The notes under the pieces: model-generated
What the model saw: the letters and a program-made list of their open reading frames with translations, nothing else
What the model was told of the DNA's origin: nothing
The model's database searches: none
Made by a program: the position numbers and the translations under genes
Shown here: one piece after another, positions 49,260-59,244 of the stretch
How positions within the stretch are numbered: the stretch's first letter is position 1
How the letters are laid out: every line of letters starts with the position of its first letter
Origin: an uncultured Thermoleophilia bacterium
GTDB taxonomy: Bacteria > Actinomycetota > Thermoleophilia > Gaiellales > Gaiellaceae
Direction: 5' to 3'
NCBI GenBank assembly: GCA_963755085.1
Contig: CAVWIN010000003.1
Coordinates: 234,290 to 298,289 of the forward strand
DNA: 64,000 nt

Positions 49260-50216
49260 ATGGTGGAACGCGTGCTCCTGGCCTCCCCGCGCGGCTACTG
49301 CGCGGGCGTCGAGCGCGCGGTGGAGACGGTCGAGCGGGCGCTCGAGCTGTATGGCCCGCCCGTCTACGTCCGCAAGCAGATCGTCCACAACGCGCACGTG
49401 GTGCGCGAGCTCGAGCAGCGCGGCGCCGTGTTCGTCGACGAGGAAACCGAGGTGCCCGCGGGCGAGACGGTCGTCCTGTCGGCCCACGGGGTGGCGCCGA
49501 CCGTCTACCGGAACGCCGAGTCGCTCGGGCTGAAGACGATCGACGCGACGTGCCCGCTGGTGACCAAGGTGCACGTCGAGGCCCGCCGCTACGCGGCGCA
49601 GGGCTACACGATCGTCCTGATCGGCCACGCGGGCCACGAGGAGGTCGTCGGGACGATGGGCGAGGCGCCCGAGGCGACGGTCCTCGTGCAGTCGGTCGAG
49701 GACGCCGAGGCGCTCGACCCGCCGCCGGGCACGAGGCTCGCCTACCTGACGCAGACGACCCTGTCGGTCGACGAGACCTCCGCGATCATCACGACGCTGC
49801 GGCGGCGCTTCCCCGACATCCACGCGCCCAAGAAAGAGGACATCTGCTACGCGACCTCCAACCGGCAGTGGGCGGTCAAGGAGATGCTGCCGTCGATCGA
49901 CCTGCTGCTCGTGATCGGGTCGCGCAACTCGTCGAACTCGAACCGGCTCGTCGAGGTGGCGCGCGCCGGTGGTGTCGCCGCCTACCTGATCGACGACGAG
50001 ACCGACATCGACGAGGCGTGGCTGGACGGCGTGCGGACGGTCGGCCTCAGCTCGGGGGCGTCGGCGCCGGAAAGCCTCGTGGAACGCGTGACCGGCTGGT
50101 TCCGTGCGCGCGGCGCAGCAGTCGAGCCGTTCGCGATGGTGGACGAGGACGTGACCTTCCGCCTGCCGGTCGAGCTGCGGCGCGAGCTGAAGCTGGCCGA
50201 AATTCAGCGGGCCTAG
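49260..50216 (+). CDS. ispH: 4-hydroxy-3-methylbut-2-enyl diphosphate reductase
   Basis: I place the start at ATG 49260. The SPRGYCAGVERAV, ATCPLVTKVH and ICYATSNRQ Cys motifs are present. Confidence 0.95.
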   Translation: MVERVLLASPRGYCAGVERAVETVERALELYGPPVYVRKQIVHNAHVVRELEQRGAVFVDEETEVPAGETVVLSAHGVAPTVYRNAESLGLKTIDATCPLVTKVHVEARRYAAQGYTIVLIGHAGHEEVVGTMGEAPEATVLVQSVEDAEALDPPPGTRLAYLTQTTLSVDETSAIITTLRRRFPDIHAPKKEDICYATSNRQWAVKEMLPSIDLLLVIGSRNSSNSNRLVEVARAGGVAAYLIDDETDIDEAWLDGVRTVGLSSGASAPESLVERVTGWFRARGAAVEPFAMVDEDVTFRLPVELRRELKLAEIQRA

Positions 50217-50229
50217 CGCTCGACCGTCG

Positions 50230-53200
50230 CTACGTCCGTTCGATCTGCGGCTCGTCCACGTCGCCGGCGGTTAGTTCGGTGGCGAGCACCTCGCCGGCGA
50301 CCCAGTCGCCGTGCTGCTCGACGACGTCGCGCCAGCGCTTCGGAACGACGACCTTCACGCGGTCGCTGATCTCGAAGCCCCGGTCGCGGCGGAGCGTATT
50401 CAGCTCGTGGATCAGGTCGTACGCGCGGCCCTCGAGCTCCAGCTCGGGGTCGACCGCGGTCTCGACCGCGACCGTGACGCCGTCCTCGGAGGCGACGGCC
50501 CAGCCGTCACGGCCGACAGTCTCGACCAGCACCTCGTCGGGGCCGAGGTCGTGCCCCGAGACGCGCACACCCCCGCCGGGTAGCTGCTCGAACTCACCGG
50601 CCGCCAGCGCGCGGCGGATGTCCCCGAGCGCAGCGCCGAGCTTCGGGCCCAGCACCGGCAAGTTCGGCCTGACCTTCAGCTCGGTGGCCTCAACCGGCCC
50701 GAACTCGACCTGCTTGACGCGCAGCTCGTCGCGCAACTCGTCCTCGTGCGCGGGCAGCGACGGGCCCTGGACGACGAGCCGGCGAAGCGGCTGGCGCTGC
50801 TTCAGCCCGGTCATCGAGCGCGCCTGGCGGCCGAGCTCGACGACCTGGCGCACGGCCGCGATCTCGTCGAGCAGCGCCTGATCGGGCTCGCCCGGCTCGG
50901 GCCAGCCGCTGAGGAAGACGGACGACGCCGCCTCGGCGACCGGCGCACGCACGGCCCGCTGCCAGAGATCCTCGGCCAGGAAGGGCATCACCGGCCCGAC
51001 CACCCGCACGGCGGTGACCAGCGCGAACCAGAGGGTCCGCAGCGCGGTCTCATCGCCGTCCCAGAACCGGCGCCGTGAGCGGCGGATGTACCAGTTCGAG
51101 AGATCGTCCAGAAACGCCTCGAAAGCGCGCACGACATTGAACGACAGCGTGTCCTCGTACGCCTGGGTGGCCTCGCAGACGAACGCCCGCGTCCGCTCGA
51201 CCAGCCAGCGGTCGAGAACGTTCGGCACTTCGGCCGGCCCGCCCAGGTCATCCCACAACGGACGCCAGTCCGCTGCGTTGCCGTAGAGGACGAGCACGCG
51301 CACCGAGTTCCACAGCCGCAGGAGCTTGCCCTTGATCTCCTCCGCCGGCCCGAATCCGAAGAGCAGGTTCTGGGTCGGCGGCTGCGCGCAGTACTGCCAG
51401 CGCATGACGTCGGCGCCCATGCGGGCGAACGCGTCGTCGGCGTCGATCATGTTCCCCCACGAGCCGTGCATCTCCCGGCCGTTCTCGTCCAGCATCTTCT
51501 CGTAGCCGAGGACGCGCTTGAACGGCGCGCCGCCGGTCAGCACGACCGACATGAAGAGCTGCGAGTAGAACCAGAGGCGGATCTGCTCGCGCATCTCCGA
51601 GACCCAGTCCGCGGGGAACCACTGCTCCCAGTAGGCGTGGTCGGGCAGGTCCGCGCCGGTGAGGCCGCGCGCCGCGCCGGTGCCGTAGCCGCCCGGGACC
51701 CACTCGTCGTTGTGCCAGCCGAGCGTCGAGAAGGGGACGATGCCTGCATCCAGCCAGACGTCGCCGACCTCGACGATCCGCTCGACCGCGTCGCCGCACT
51801 GCTCGCAGCGGATGGGCACGCGGTCGATCCACGGGCGGCGCAGCTCCTCGAGCTGGTCGAGCCCCTCGACCGCCCGCTCCTCGAGCTCCCGCTTCGACCC
51901 GATCACGTTCAGGTGCCCGCACGCGCACGGGTAGAAGGGCAGCGGCAGGCCGTAGTAGCGGCGGCGCGAGATGTTCCAGTCGCCCATGTTGTGCAGCCAG
52001 TCGTCCATGCGCTTGCCCATGTACTCGGGCACCCACTGGACGGTCGAGTTGGCGTCGAGCATCTGCTGCCGGAGGTCGCGCACCGAGATGAACCAGTCGT
52101 CGGCGATGCGGAAGATCAGCGGCGTGTGGCAGCGCCAGCACTCGGGGTAGCGGTGCTCGTACAGGCCCGACTCGACGAGCCGCCCCTTCTCCTCGAGGTT
52201 GCCGATGATCTGCTCGGCCGCCTCGACCGTGGACAGGCCGTGCAGCCAGCCGTAGTCGTCGTAGAAGCGGCCCGACTCGTCGACGGGCGTGAGCACGGGC
52301 AGGTCGTAGACGCGGCTGAGCTCGAAGTCCTCGGCGCCGGCCCCCGGCGCGATGTGGACGATGCCGGTGCCCTCGTCCATCGTCACCTCGTCCCATCCGA
52401 TCACGCGGTGCTCGACGGCCGCACCGGGCGGCAAGTCGTCGAACGGGCCCTCATAGCGCCAGCCGACCAGCTCGGAGCCTTTTAGAACGTCGTCGAAGGA
52501 CTCGTCGGGATACCGCGGCGCCGCGACCCACTCGCCATTGAGCCGGCGGCCGTAGTCGGCGTCCGGCTTGACCGCCGCGGCGACGTTCGCGGGCAGCGTC
52601 CACGGCGTCGTCGTCCAGACGATCAGCGACTCGCCCGGACGGTCGAGGAGCGGCAGGCGCACGTAGAGCGACGGGTCGGCGCGGTCGACGTAGTTGCCGG
52701 CGAGCTCGTGTGCGGAGATCGACGTGCCGCAGCGCGGGCACCACTCGGTCGCTCGGTGGCCGAGGTAGAGCCAGTCGCGCTCGTGCACCGTCTTCAGCAT
52801 CCGCCAGACGTACTCGATGTTGGTGTCGCTGAAGGTGAAGTAGTCGTTGCCCCAGTCCATCCACATGCCGAGCCGGATGGAGCCCTTGGTCAGCTGGTCG
52901 GCCGACCAGACGACGACCTCGCGGCAGCGCGCGGCGAACTCCTCGAGGCCGTATTCCTCGATCTCGCGCTTCGAGTTGAGGCCGAGCTGGCGCTCGACGC
53001 CGACCTCGATCCAGAGCCCCTGGCAGTCGAAGCCGTTCTGGTAGCGCTGGTCGAAGCCGCGCAGCGCCTTGTAGCGCTGGAAGACGTCCTTCAGCGTCCG
53101 CCCCCACGCCGTGTGCACCGCGAGCGTCTTGTTCGCGGTCACGGGGCCGTCGAAGAAGCTCCACTTCTCCTTGCCGCGGTTCAGCTCGCGCAGCTGCTCG

Positions 53201-53292
53201 AACGTGCCCTCCCGCTCCCAGAAATCGAGGATCTCGAGCTCGAGCGCGGGATGATCGGGCTTGTCGGGCAGCGGCTCGAATACGTGTTTCAC
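50230..53292 (-). CDS. ileS: isoleucine--tRNA ligase (long, Thermus/Mycobacterium-type architecture)
   Basis: The 1020-aa product contains WTTTPWTLP, HRYPECWRC and ISRRRYYGLPLP motifs and the C-terminal EVLATEL. The start is GTG at 53292. Confidence 0.95.
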   Translation of the reverse strand: MKHVFEPLPDKPDHPALELEILDFWEREGTFEQLRELNRGKEKWSFFDGPVTANKTLAVHTAWGRTLKDVFQRYKALRGFDQRYQNGFDCQGLWIEVGVERQLGLNSKREIEEYGLEEFAARCREVVVWSADQLTKGSIRLGMWMDWGNDYFTFSDTNIEYVWRMLKTVHERDWLYLGHRATEWCPRCGTSISAHELAGNYVDRADPSLYVRLPLLDRPGESLIVWTTTPWTLPANVAAAVKPDADYGRRLNGEWVAAPRYPDESFDDVLKGSELVGWRYEGPFDDLPPGAAVEHRVIGWDEVTMDEGTGIVHIAPGAGAEDFELSRVYDLPVLTPVDESGRFYDDYGWLHGLSTVEAAEQIIGNLEEKGRLVESGLYEHRYPECWRCHTPLIFRIADDWFISVRDLRQQMLDANSTVQWVPEYMGKRMDDWLHNMGDWNISRRRYYGLPLPFYPCACGHLNVIGSKRELEERAVEGLDQLEELRRPWIDRVPIRCEQCGDAVERIVEVGDVWLDAGIVPFSTLGWHNDEWVPGGYGTGAARGLTGADLPDHAYWEQWFPADWVSEMREQIRLWFYSQLFMSVVLTGGAPFKRVLGYEKMLDENGREMHGSWGNMIDADDAFARMGADVMRWQYCAQPPTQNLLFGFGPAEEIKGKLLRLWNSVRVLVLYGNAADWRPLWDDLGGPAEVPNVLDRWLVERTRAFVCEATQAYEDTLSFNVVRAFEAFLDDLSNWYIRRSRRRFWDGDETALRTLWFALVTAVRVVGPVMPFLAEDLWQRAVRAPVAEAASSVFLSGWPEPGEPDQALLDEIAAVRQVVELGRQARSMTGLKQRQPLRRLVVQGPSLPAHEDELRDELRVKQVEFGPVEATELKVRPNLPVLGPKLGAALGDIRRALAAGEFEQLPGGGVRVSGHDLGPDEVLVETVGRDGWAVASEDGVTVAVETAVDPELELEGRAYDLIHELNTLRRDRGFEISDRVKVVVPKRWRDVVEQHGDWVAGEVLATELTAGDVDEPQIERT

Positions 53293-53403
53293 CCCGCCAG
53301 TCTAGGAATCTCCCGGGATTACGACGGCCGACGTTGGCGTTACACCTTGTGTGGGAGCGGGAACGCTCCCTCACTCAATACTCAGAAGAAAGGAAGCAAA
53401 TAG

Positions 53404-53721
53404 ATGACAACGGCAGCAACCGAGACCACCTTCGACCAGGAGGTCATCCAGAGCGACAAGTCGGTCATCGTCGACTTCTGGGCCGAGTGGTGTGGCCCCT
53501 GCCACGCGGTCTCGCCCGTGCTCGAGCGCATCGTGGACGAGCGCGGCGACGAGCTGAAGCTCGTCAAGGTCAACATCGACGAGGAGCCGGCGCTCGCCCA
53601 GCGCTACGGCGTCGCGTCGATCCCGACCATGATCCTCTTCAAGGGCGGCGAGGCCGCGGCGTTCGCGGTCGGCGCGCAGCCGAAGGGCGCGCTCGAGCGC
53701 TCGCTCGGCCTGACGGCGTAG
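53404..53721 (+). CDS. trxA: thioredoxin
   Basis: It has the WAEWCGPCH active site and is 105 aa long. Confidence 0.95.
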   Translation: MTTAATETTFDQEVIQSDKSVIVDFWAEWCGPCHAVSPVLERIVDERGDELKLVKVNIDEEPALAQRYGVASIPTMILFKGGEAAAFAVGAQPKGALERSLGLTA

Positions 53722-54512
53722 CAGCCGCGCTCTTCATCAACCCCCGCGCCGGCGGGGGCGACCGAACGGACGAGCTCGTCGAGGCGGCGCGGGCGCGGGG
53801 CGTGAGCACGCGCGTCCTCTCCCCCGACGACGACCCGGCGGAGCTCGCGCGCGCGGCGGGCGACGCCGACGCGCTCGGCATGGCGGGCGGCGACGGCTCC
53901 ATGGGGGCCGTCGCCGGCGTCGCCGTCGAGCGCGACCTGCCGTTCGCCTGCATCCCGTTCGGGACGCGCAACCACTTTGCCCGCGACGTGGGCCTGCCTG
54001 ACGACCCGATCGAGGCGCTGGCGGCCTTCGCGGGGCCGGAGCGGCGCGTGGACATCGGCCGCGCCGGCAAGCGTGCCTTTCTGAACAACGTGTCGCTCGG
54101 GCTCTACGCCGAGCTCGTCCACCGGCGCGAGCAGCACCGGGGCCGGCGCTACGCCCTCGCCCGGCTGCGCGCCCTCGTCATGCTCGCGCGCGACCGCGGC
54201 CGCACGGCCGGCTTCGTCGTCGACGGGCGGGCCATCGAGGCCCACGTGGTGCTCGTAGCGAACAACGCCTACGAGCTGGACGTGTTCGACGTCGGCGAGC
54301 GCCAGCGCCTCGACGAGGGCCGCCTCTGCATGTACGTCGCGCACGGCTGGCGGCCGCGCACCTGGGAGGAGCGCTCGTGCACGCAGGCGACGATCGACGT
54401 CCCGGGCCACCGTGTGCGGGCAGCCGTCGACGGGGAGCCGGCGCTCTTCGACACGCCGCTCGAGTTCAGGGTCGAACCGGGAGCCCTACGCCTGCTGGTT
54501 CCACACGCGTAG
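53718..54512 (+). CDS. diacylglycerol/lipid kinase family protein (YegS/LCB5-like); start codon unresolved
   Basis: ALFINPRAGGG and GMAGGDGSMG motifs are present. No ATG, GTG or TTG is available between the trxA stop region and the first conserved motif. Confidence 0.65.
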   Translation, partial: VAAALFINPRAGGGDRTDELVEAARARGVSTRVLSPDDDPAELARAAGDADALGMAGGDGSMGAVAGVAVERDLPFACIPFGTRNHFARDVGLPDDPIEALAAFAGPERRVDIGRAGKRAFLNNVSLGLYAELVHRREQHRGRRYALARLRALVMLARDRGRTAGFVVDGRAIEAHVVLVANNAYELDVFDVGERQRLDEGRLCMYVAHGWRPRTWEERSCTQATIDVPGHRVRAAVDGEPALFDTPLEFRVEPGALRLLVPHA

Positions 54513-55025
54513 GACCTCGGCAATGTGGAACGCGAGGTTGCCGGGCAGCTCGTCGCGGCCGAACCAGCGCAGCTCCTCGACGTCGTCGTCGGGCCGCGGC
54601 TCGCCGGCCGTGATCCGCGCCGTCCAGTAGAGGTTGATCGTGGCCAGCGCATCCTCCGCGTCGCCGTAGCGGTCCATCCACACGCCGAGGAGCTCGCCGG
54701 GCTCGATCTCGACGCCGGCCTCCTCGCGGAGCTCACGCCGCAGCGCGTCGAGCGGATGCTCGCCCTCCTCCAGGAAGCCGCCCGGCAGATCCCAGAAGCC
54801 GGCGAAGGGCTCGTGCTTGCGGCGCGCGAGCAGGACGCGGCCGTCGTCCACGATGACCGCCGACGCCGTGGGCTTCGAGCTCGCGTATGCGACGAAGCCG
54901 CAGCGCGGGCATTCCTTCCGCGCGTCGTCGCCGCCAAGCTCCGCCGCGCAGCGCGGACAGTGCCTCCAGGCGGCAAGCTCGGCCACCTCGGCAACAATAG
55001 GGCCGCATGAGCCCGCGCATGGCAC
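54486..55025 (-). CDS. NUDIX hydrolase with N-terminal zinc ribbon (NudC-like)
   Basis: It has CPRC..CPRC and the Nudix box GGFLEEGEHPLDALRRELREEAGV. Confidence 0.8.
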   Translation of the reverse strand: MPCAGSCGPIVAEVAELAAWRHCPRCAAELGGDDARKECPRCGFVAYASSKPTASAVIVDDGRVLLARRKHEPFAGFWDLPGGFLEEGEHPLDALRRELREEAGVEIEPGELLGVWMDRYGDAEDALATINLYWTARITAGEPRPDDDVEELRWFGRDELPGNLAFHIAEVLRVWNQQA

Positions 55026-55378
55026 CCGCCACCATCGCCGAGCTGTCCCGAGTCGGCCTGCTCGCCGAGCTCCCCGGCGAGAAGCTCGGCGAGCTCGCCG
55101 CTGCCATGCAGCGCGAGTATGTGCCCGCCGGAACGGAGATCGTGCGCGAGGGTGAGTTTGGCTCGCGCTTCTACGTCGTGCTCGCAGGCCTGCTCTCGGT
55201 CACGCAGGACGCGCGAGGGGAGCGTGCGCTGTTGCGGCCCGGCGACTACTTCGGCGAGGTCGCCCCGGCGATGGGCATCCGCCGCACGGCGAGCGTCCGC
55301 GCGGTCACGCCCGCCACGGTTGCCAGCTGCGACCGCGCCACCTTCGACGAGTTCGTCAAGCCGCTCTTCACCGGCTGA
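55007..55378 (+). CDS. cyclic nucleotide-binding domain protein
   Basis: GEFGSRFYVVLAGLL and GDYFGEVA....RRTASVRA are cNMP-binding motifs. Confidence 0.75.
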   Translation: MSPRMAPATIAELSRVGLLAELPGEKLGELAAAMQREYVPAGTEIVREGEFGSRFYVVLAGLLSVTQDARGERALLRPGDYFGEVAPAMGIRRTASVRAVTPATVASCDRATFDEFVKPLFTG

Positions 55379-55695
55379 TGCTCGAGTTCTTCCAGGCCGA
55401 GTGGTGCCCGTACTCGCACCGTGTGCGCGAGCGGATGACGGAGCTCGGCATCGACTTCATCGCGCGCCAGGTGCAGCCACGCCGCTCGCTGCGCGACGAC
55501 ATGGAGCAAGAGATCGGCACCCGTTCGATCCCAGCGCTCAAGACCGAGGACGGGCGCGTGATCGAGGGCGACGTCGAGATCATGGCCTTCCTCGCCGAGA
55601 ACTACGGGAAAGGCGAGGAGTGGGAGCAGGGCCACCAGGCGATGGAGCTCCGCCACCCGACGCTCCGCCAGGGCGCGTCACGCGACCCCGCGTAG
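55378..55695 (+). CDS. glutaredoxin-like protein (CPYS motif)
   Basis: The product begins MLEFFQAEWCPYSHRVRE and contains SIPALK. An ATGA overlap couples it to the upstream gene. Confidence 0.7.
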   Translation: MLEFFQAEWCPYSHRVRERMTELGIDFIARQVQPRRSLRDDMEQEIGTRSIPALKTEDGRVIEGDVEIMAFLAENYGKGEEWEQGHQAMELRHPTLRQGASRDPA

Positions 55696-56499
55696 CTCCG
55701 CGGCCACAGCGTCCGAGTAGGGCGGCCAGGCCTCCTTGGCCCACTCGCCGAACTCCAGGTCGGTGAGCACGCCGAGCGCCGACTCGAGCTCGGGATCGAC
55801 CCAGAGGAACGTGCCCGAGCCTCCGAAGTGGCCGAACGCGCGCGGCGAGACCGCCGTCCCCATCCAGTGCCCGGGCTTGGCGTCGCGGATCTCGAACCCG
55901 AGCCCCCAGTCGTTCGGGCTCATCCGGCCGAAGTCCGGCAGCACGCCGTCGAGCCCCGGGAAGGCGACCCCGGTCGCCTCGGCGAGCGTCTCCGGTGCGA
56001 CGATCGTCGGCGCCAGCAGGTCGCGGCCGAGCCGGAGCAGGTCGTCCAGCGGCCCCCACAGGTCGGCCGCCGGCGAGCCCCGCAGCTCGCTCCGCGTCAT
56101 CCCGAGCGGCTCGAGCACGGCCTCGCGCAGGTACTCGGCGAAGGGGATCTCCGCGGCGTGCGCGACATGCTCCGCGACCTGCTCGAAGCCGACGTTCGAG
56201 TAGATACGTCGCGTGCCCGGGCGCGCGAGCGTGCTGCCGTGGCGGTCGAACGGCAGCCCGGAAGCGTGGGCGAGCAGGTGCCGCACGGTCGAGCCGTCGG
56301 GCCCGGCCGGCTCGTCGAGGTCGACGACGCCCTCCTCCGCCGCGACGAGCACCGCGAGCGCGGTGACCAGCTTCGTAATCGACGCCCAGCGGTAGAGGCG
56401 CTCCGTGTCGCCGTGCGTCGCGACGACGCCGTCCGCGCGCACGACGCCCGCCGCGGCGTGCTCGGCCGGCCAGCTGTCGATTGCGGCAAGCGCCTCCAC
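55678..56499 (-). CDS. serine hydrolase (beta-lactamase/PBP4*-like family)
   Basis: It has the SITK active-site motif and YSNVGF. Confidence 0.8.
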   Translation of the reverse strand: MEALAAIDSWPAEHAAAGVVRADGVVATHGDTERLYRWASITKLVTALAVLVAAEEGVVDLDEPAGPDGSTVRHLLAHASGLPFDRHGSTLARPGTRRIYSNVGFEQVAEHVAHAAEIPFAEYLREAVLEPLGMTRSELRGSPAADLWGPLDDLLRLGRDLLAPTIVAPETLAEATGVAFPGLDGVLPDFGRMSPNDWGLGFEIRDAKPGHWMGTAVSPRAFGHFGGSGTFLWVDPELESALGVLTDLEFGEWAKEAWPPYSDAVAAELRGVA

Positions 56500-56519
56500 G
56501 GGGCGTGCAAGCTACCGCG

Positions 56520-56903
56520 ATGGAGCGTCGGCGGATCTCCTCAGCGATGGCGATGGAGGGCCAGGTCGGCTACTCACGCGCCGTGGTCGCAGGCCGGCAC
56601 GTGTACGTCTCCGGCACCGCGCCCGTGATGCCGGACGGCGCCGACCCGCCAGCGGACGCTTACGGCCAGGCGCGGCGCTGCCTCGAGATCATCCTCGCTG
56701 CGCTCGCCGAGGCAGGGGCGACCGCGCGCGACGTCGTGCGCACGCGGATCTACGTCACGGACGCGGCGCTGATCGGCGAGGCCGGCCGCGCACACGCCGA
56801 GATCTTCGGCAACGTCCGGCCCGCGACGACCGGCGTCGTCGTCGGGCTGCTCGACCCGCGCTGGCTGGTCGAGATCGAGGCCGAGGCGCTGCTCAGCGAA
56901 TAG
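56520..56903 (+). CDS. RidA/YjgF family protein
   Basis: I place the start at ATG 56520. GYSRAVVAGRHVYVSG and VRTRIYVTD are typical motifs. Confidence 0.85.
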   Translation: MERRRISSAMAMEGQVGYSRAVVAGRHVYVSGTAPVMPDGADPPADAYGQARRCLEIILAALAEAGATARDVVRTRIYVTDAALIGEAGRAHAEIFGNVRPATTGVVVGLLDPRWLVEIEAEALLSE

Positions 56904-56914
56904 GCTGCGCACCC

Positions 56915-58120
56915 GTGTCGGAGCAGGCATTTCCTCCGTCGATCATGGCCAAGACGCTGGAGCCGGGCGGCAGCGTGCTCGACCACACGTTCGGCAAGGG
57001 CGACCCGTACACGCTCGGCGTCGAGGAGGAGTACATGCTGCTCGACGGCGAGACGCTCGACCTCGTCCAGCACATCGACACCGTGCTCGCCGCCGTCGCC
57101 GGGCACGAGCTCGAGCCGCGCATCAACGCCGAGCTGATGCAGTCGGTGCTCGAGATCACGACGCCCGTCTGCCGCACGGCCGCGGACGTCGACGGCGCGC
57201 TGCGCCAGCTCCGCACGTACGTGACCGGCATCGCGCACGAGCGCGGCCTGCGCGTCGGCTCGGCGGGCACGCATCCGTTCAGCCTCTTCGAGCGCCAGCG
57301 GATCACGGCCAAGGACCGGTACCGCCAACTCGTCGACCAGATGCAGTACGTCGCGCGGCGGGAGCTGATCTTCGGCATGCACGTGCACGTGGCGGTGGAC
57401 TCGCCGGAGAAGGCGATCGGCGTTCTGAACGGATTGATCCCGCAGCTCGCGCCGCTCCTCGCGCTGTCTTCCTCCTCGCCGTTCTGGCGCGGCGAGCCGA
57501 CCGGGCTCCACTCGAGCCGCCAGATGGTCTTTGCCGCGTTCCCCCGCTCGGGGCCGCCGCCGCGCTTCAAGGACTACGCCGACTACGCGAGCGTGATCCA
57601 CCAGCTGGAGCGGACCGGCTGCATCGCCGACTACACGCAGATCTGGTGGGACATCCGCCCGCACCCGCGGCTCGGGACGATCGAGGTGCGCATCTGCGAC
57701 GGCGTCACGCGCGTGGAGCATGCCGTCGCGATCGCCGCGTATTGCCAGGCGCTCGTCAAGCACCTCTGCGAGGCGATCGACCGCGGCGAGGAGATCCAGA
57801 CGTACCACCGCATCCTCACCACCGAGAACAAGTGGCTCGCGGGCCGCTACGGCCTCCAGGCGCCGATCATGGATCTCGAAACCGGCAAGCGGAACCGCAT
57901 CCCCGTCGCGCAGCTGATCCGGCGGACGCTACGGCGGATCGAGCCGCACGCGCGCGAGCTCGGCTCGGAGGCCGCGCTGGAGGGGATCAGCGACATCCTC
58001 TCGCGCGGCAACGGCGCCGACCGGCAGCTGCGCGTCTTCAACGCGAACCGCGACGTGGTCGAGGTCGTCCGCGAGATCGCGGACACGACCGAGGCCGCGG
58101 CCGTTCCCGCCGCCGCCTAG
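56915..58120 (+). CDS. carboxylate-amine ligase (YbdK / GCS2 family)
   Basis: YTLGVEEEYMLLD, GTHPF and IEVRICD motifs are present. Confidence 0.85.
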   Translation: MSEQAFPPSIMAKTLEPGGSVLDHTFGKGDPYTLGVEEEYMLLDGETLDLVQHIDTVLAAVAGHELEPRINAELMQSVLEITTPVCRTAADVDGALRQLRTYVTGIAHERGLRVGSAGTHPFSLFERQRITAKDRYRQLVDQMQYVARRELIFGMHVHVAVDSPEKAIGVLNGLIPQLAPLLALSSSSPFWRGEPTGLHSSRQMVFAAFPRSGPPPRFKDYADYASVIHQLERTGCIADYTQIWWDIRPHPRLGTIEVRICDGVTRVEHAVAIAAYCQALVKHLCEAIDRGEEIQTYHRILTTENKWLAGRYGLQAPIMDLETGKRNRIPVAQLIRRTLRRIEPHARELGSEAALEGISDILSRGNGADRQLRVFNANRDVVEVVREIADTTEAAAVPAAA

Positions 58121-59244
58121 ATCCTCCTCCCCGTCGCTGCGTCGAGCCACAGCGCGCGCCCGCCGGGCGTGATCACGGTCAGGCGGCGCCCGTCGGGGCT
58201 GAACGCGATGCCGCCGATGTGGTTCGGCCGGTAGGGGCCGCGCACGCGGTTGGCGCGCAGGTCCCAGGCCCAGAGCCCGTGCAGGCTGCCGAAGTAGACG
58301 AGGTCGCCGCGCGGCGACACGGCGCTGTTCGGCTGCTGGTCGACGATGCGGCTCGCGGCGAAGTGCAGCGGCGGCGCCGACGACTCGAGCGTCGTGAGGT
58401 CGATCCCGGTCGCGAGGCCGAGCGCGCCGTTGGCGGCGTAGAGCGTCCTCCCGTCGCGGCCGAGCGCGAGCGCCCAGTCCTGCAGGGACACCCCGCCGTG
58501 GCCGGGCAGGTCGAGGCAGTACGCGACGGCGTGGCGGAGGTCGAGCGCGTGCACGAACGCCTCGTGCTGCAGCGGCTTGATGTACAGCGTCAGCAGCCAG
58601 CGCCCGTCGGGCGCGCCGATCGCGTACGAGGGGTAGCCGACCATCGGCTCGTCCTCGTTCCGCGGCTTCAGCTGCCCGGCGCGGAGCGCGCCGCGGGCCA
58701 GGTCGTACACGCGTACGCGGTAGCCCGACTTCAGGTACTCGATCAGGAACAGCCGGCGTCCGTCCCGCGAGACGGCCTCGGGCGCGAAGCTGCCGTGCAG
58801 TGCCAGCTTCCGGCCATGGCCCGTGCGCGAGTCGAACACGACGATCCGCGTCGTCCGCTGGTCAGAGCTTCCGTCGACGAGCACCACGCGGCGGCCGTCG
58901 GCGGACACGGCCGGGATCCAGAGATCCGGGCCAAGGCGCCAGGTGCCCACGAGCCGGCCCGTTGCGGCGTCGTAGCGCTTCAGGAGCGTGGCCCGGCTCG
59001 CATTGTCCGCCGCCCAGGCGACGCGGCCGTCGGCGGACTGGGTCGCGGCCGGAAGCGAGTAGCGAAGCTTCCCGGTGCGTACGTCGTACACCTGGAACGC
59101 GCCCTGAGGCCGGAGCGCGACGACGGGCGAGCCCGGCAGCGCCGTGCTCTGGACGCCGCACGTCTCGGGCGGACAGCCGTCGCCGGCCGCGTGCGCGGGC
59201 GCCAGCAGGAGGGTCGGCAGGGCCAGTAACAGCAGACGCTTCAT
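58117..59244 (-). CDS. secreted beta-propeller repeat protein
   Basis: I place the start at ATG 59244 with signal peptide MKRLLLLALPTLLLAPAHA. S.DGRRL-type blades recur. Confidence 0.65.
   Translation of the reverse strand: MKRLLLLALPTLLLAPAHAAGDGCPPETCGVQSTALPGSPVVALRPQGAFQVYDVRTGKLRYSLPAATQSADGRVAWAADNASRATLLKRYDAATGRLVGTWRLGPDLWIPAVSADGRRVVLVDGSSDQRTTRIVVFDSRTGHGRKLALHGSFAPEAVSRDGRRLFLIEYLKSGYRVRVYDLARGALRAGQLKPRNEDEPMVGYPSYAIGAPDGRWLLTLYIKPLQHEAFVHALDLRHAVAYCLDLPGHGGVSLQDWALALGRDGRTLYAANGALGLATGIDLTTLESSAPPLHFAASRIVDQQPNSAVSPRGDLVYFGSLHGLWAWDLRANRVRGPYRPNHIGGIAFSPDGRRLTVITPGGRALWLDAATGRRI

Noticed and set aside
53293-53403. A possible translational T-box upstream of ileS, as known for actinobacterial ileS.
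   Set aside because: Only about 110 nt lie before the divergent trxA start. There is no recognisable T-box sequence (GGUGGUACCGCG-like). The only UGGN candidate is UGGC, which would not match an A73 tRNA-Ile. A 7-bp hairpin (GGGAGCG/CGCTCCC) is the only clear structure.
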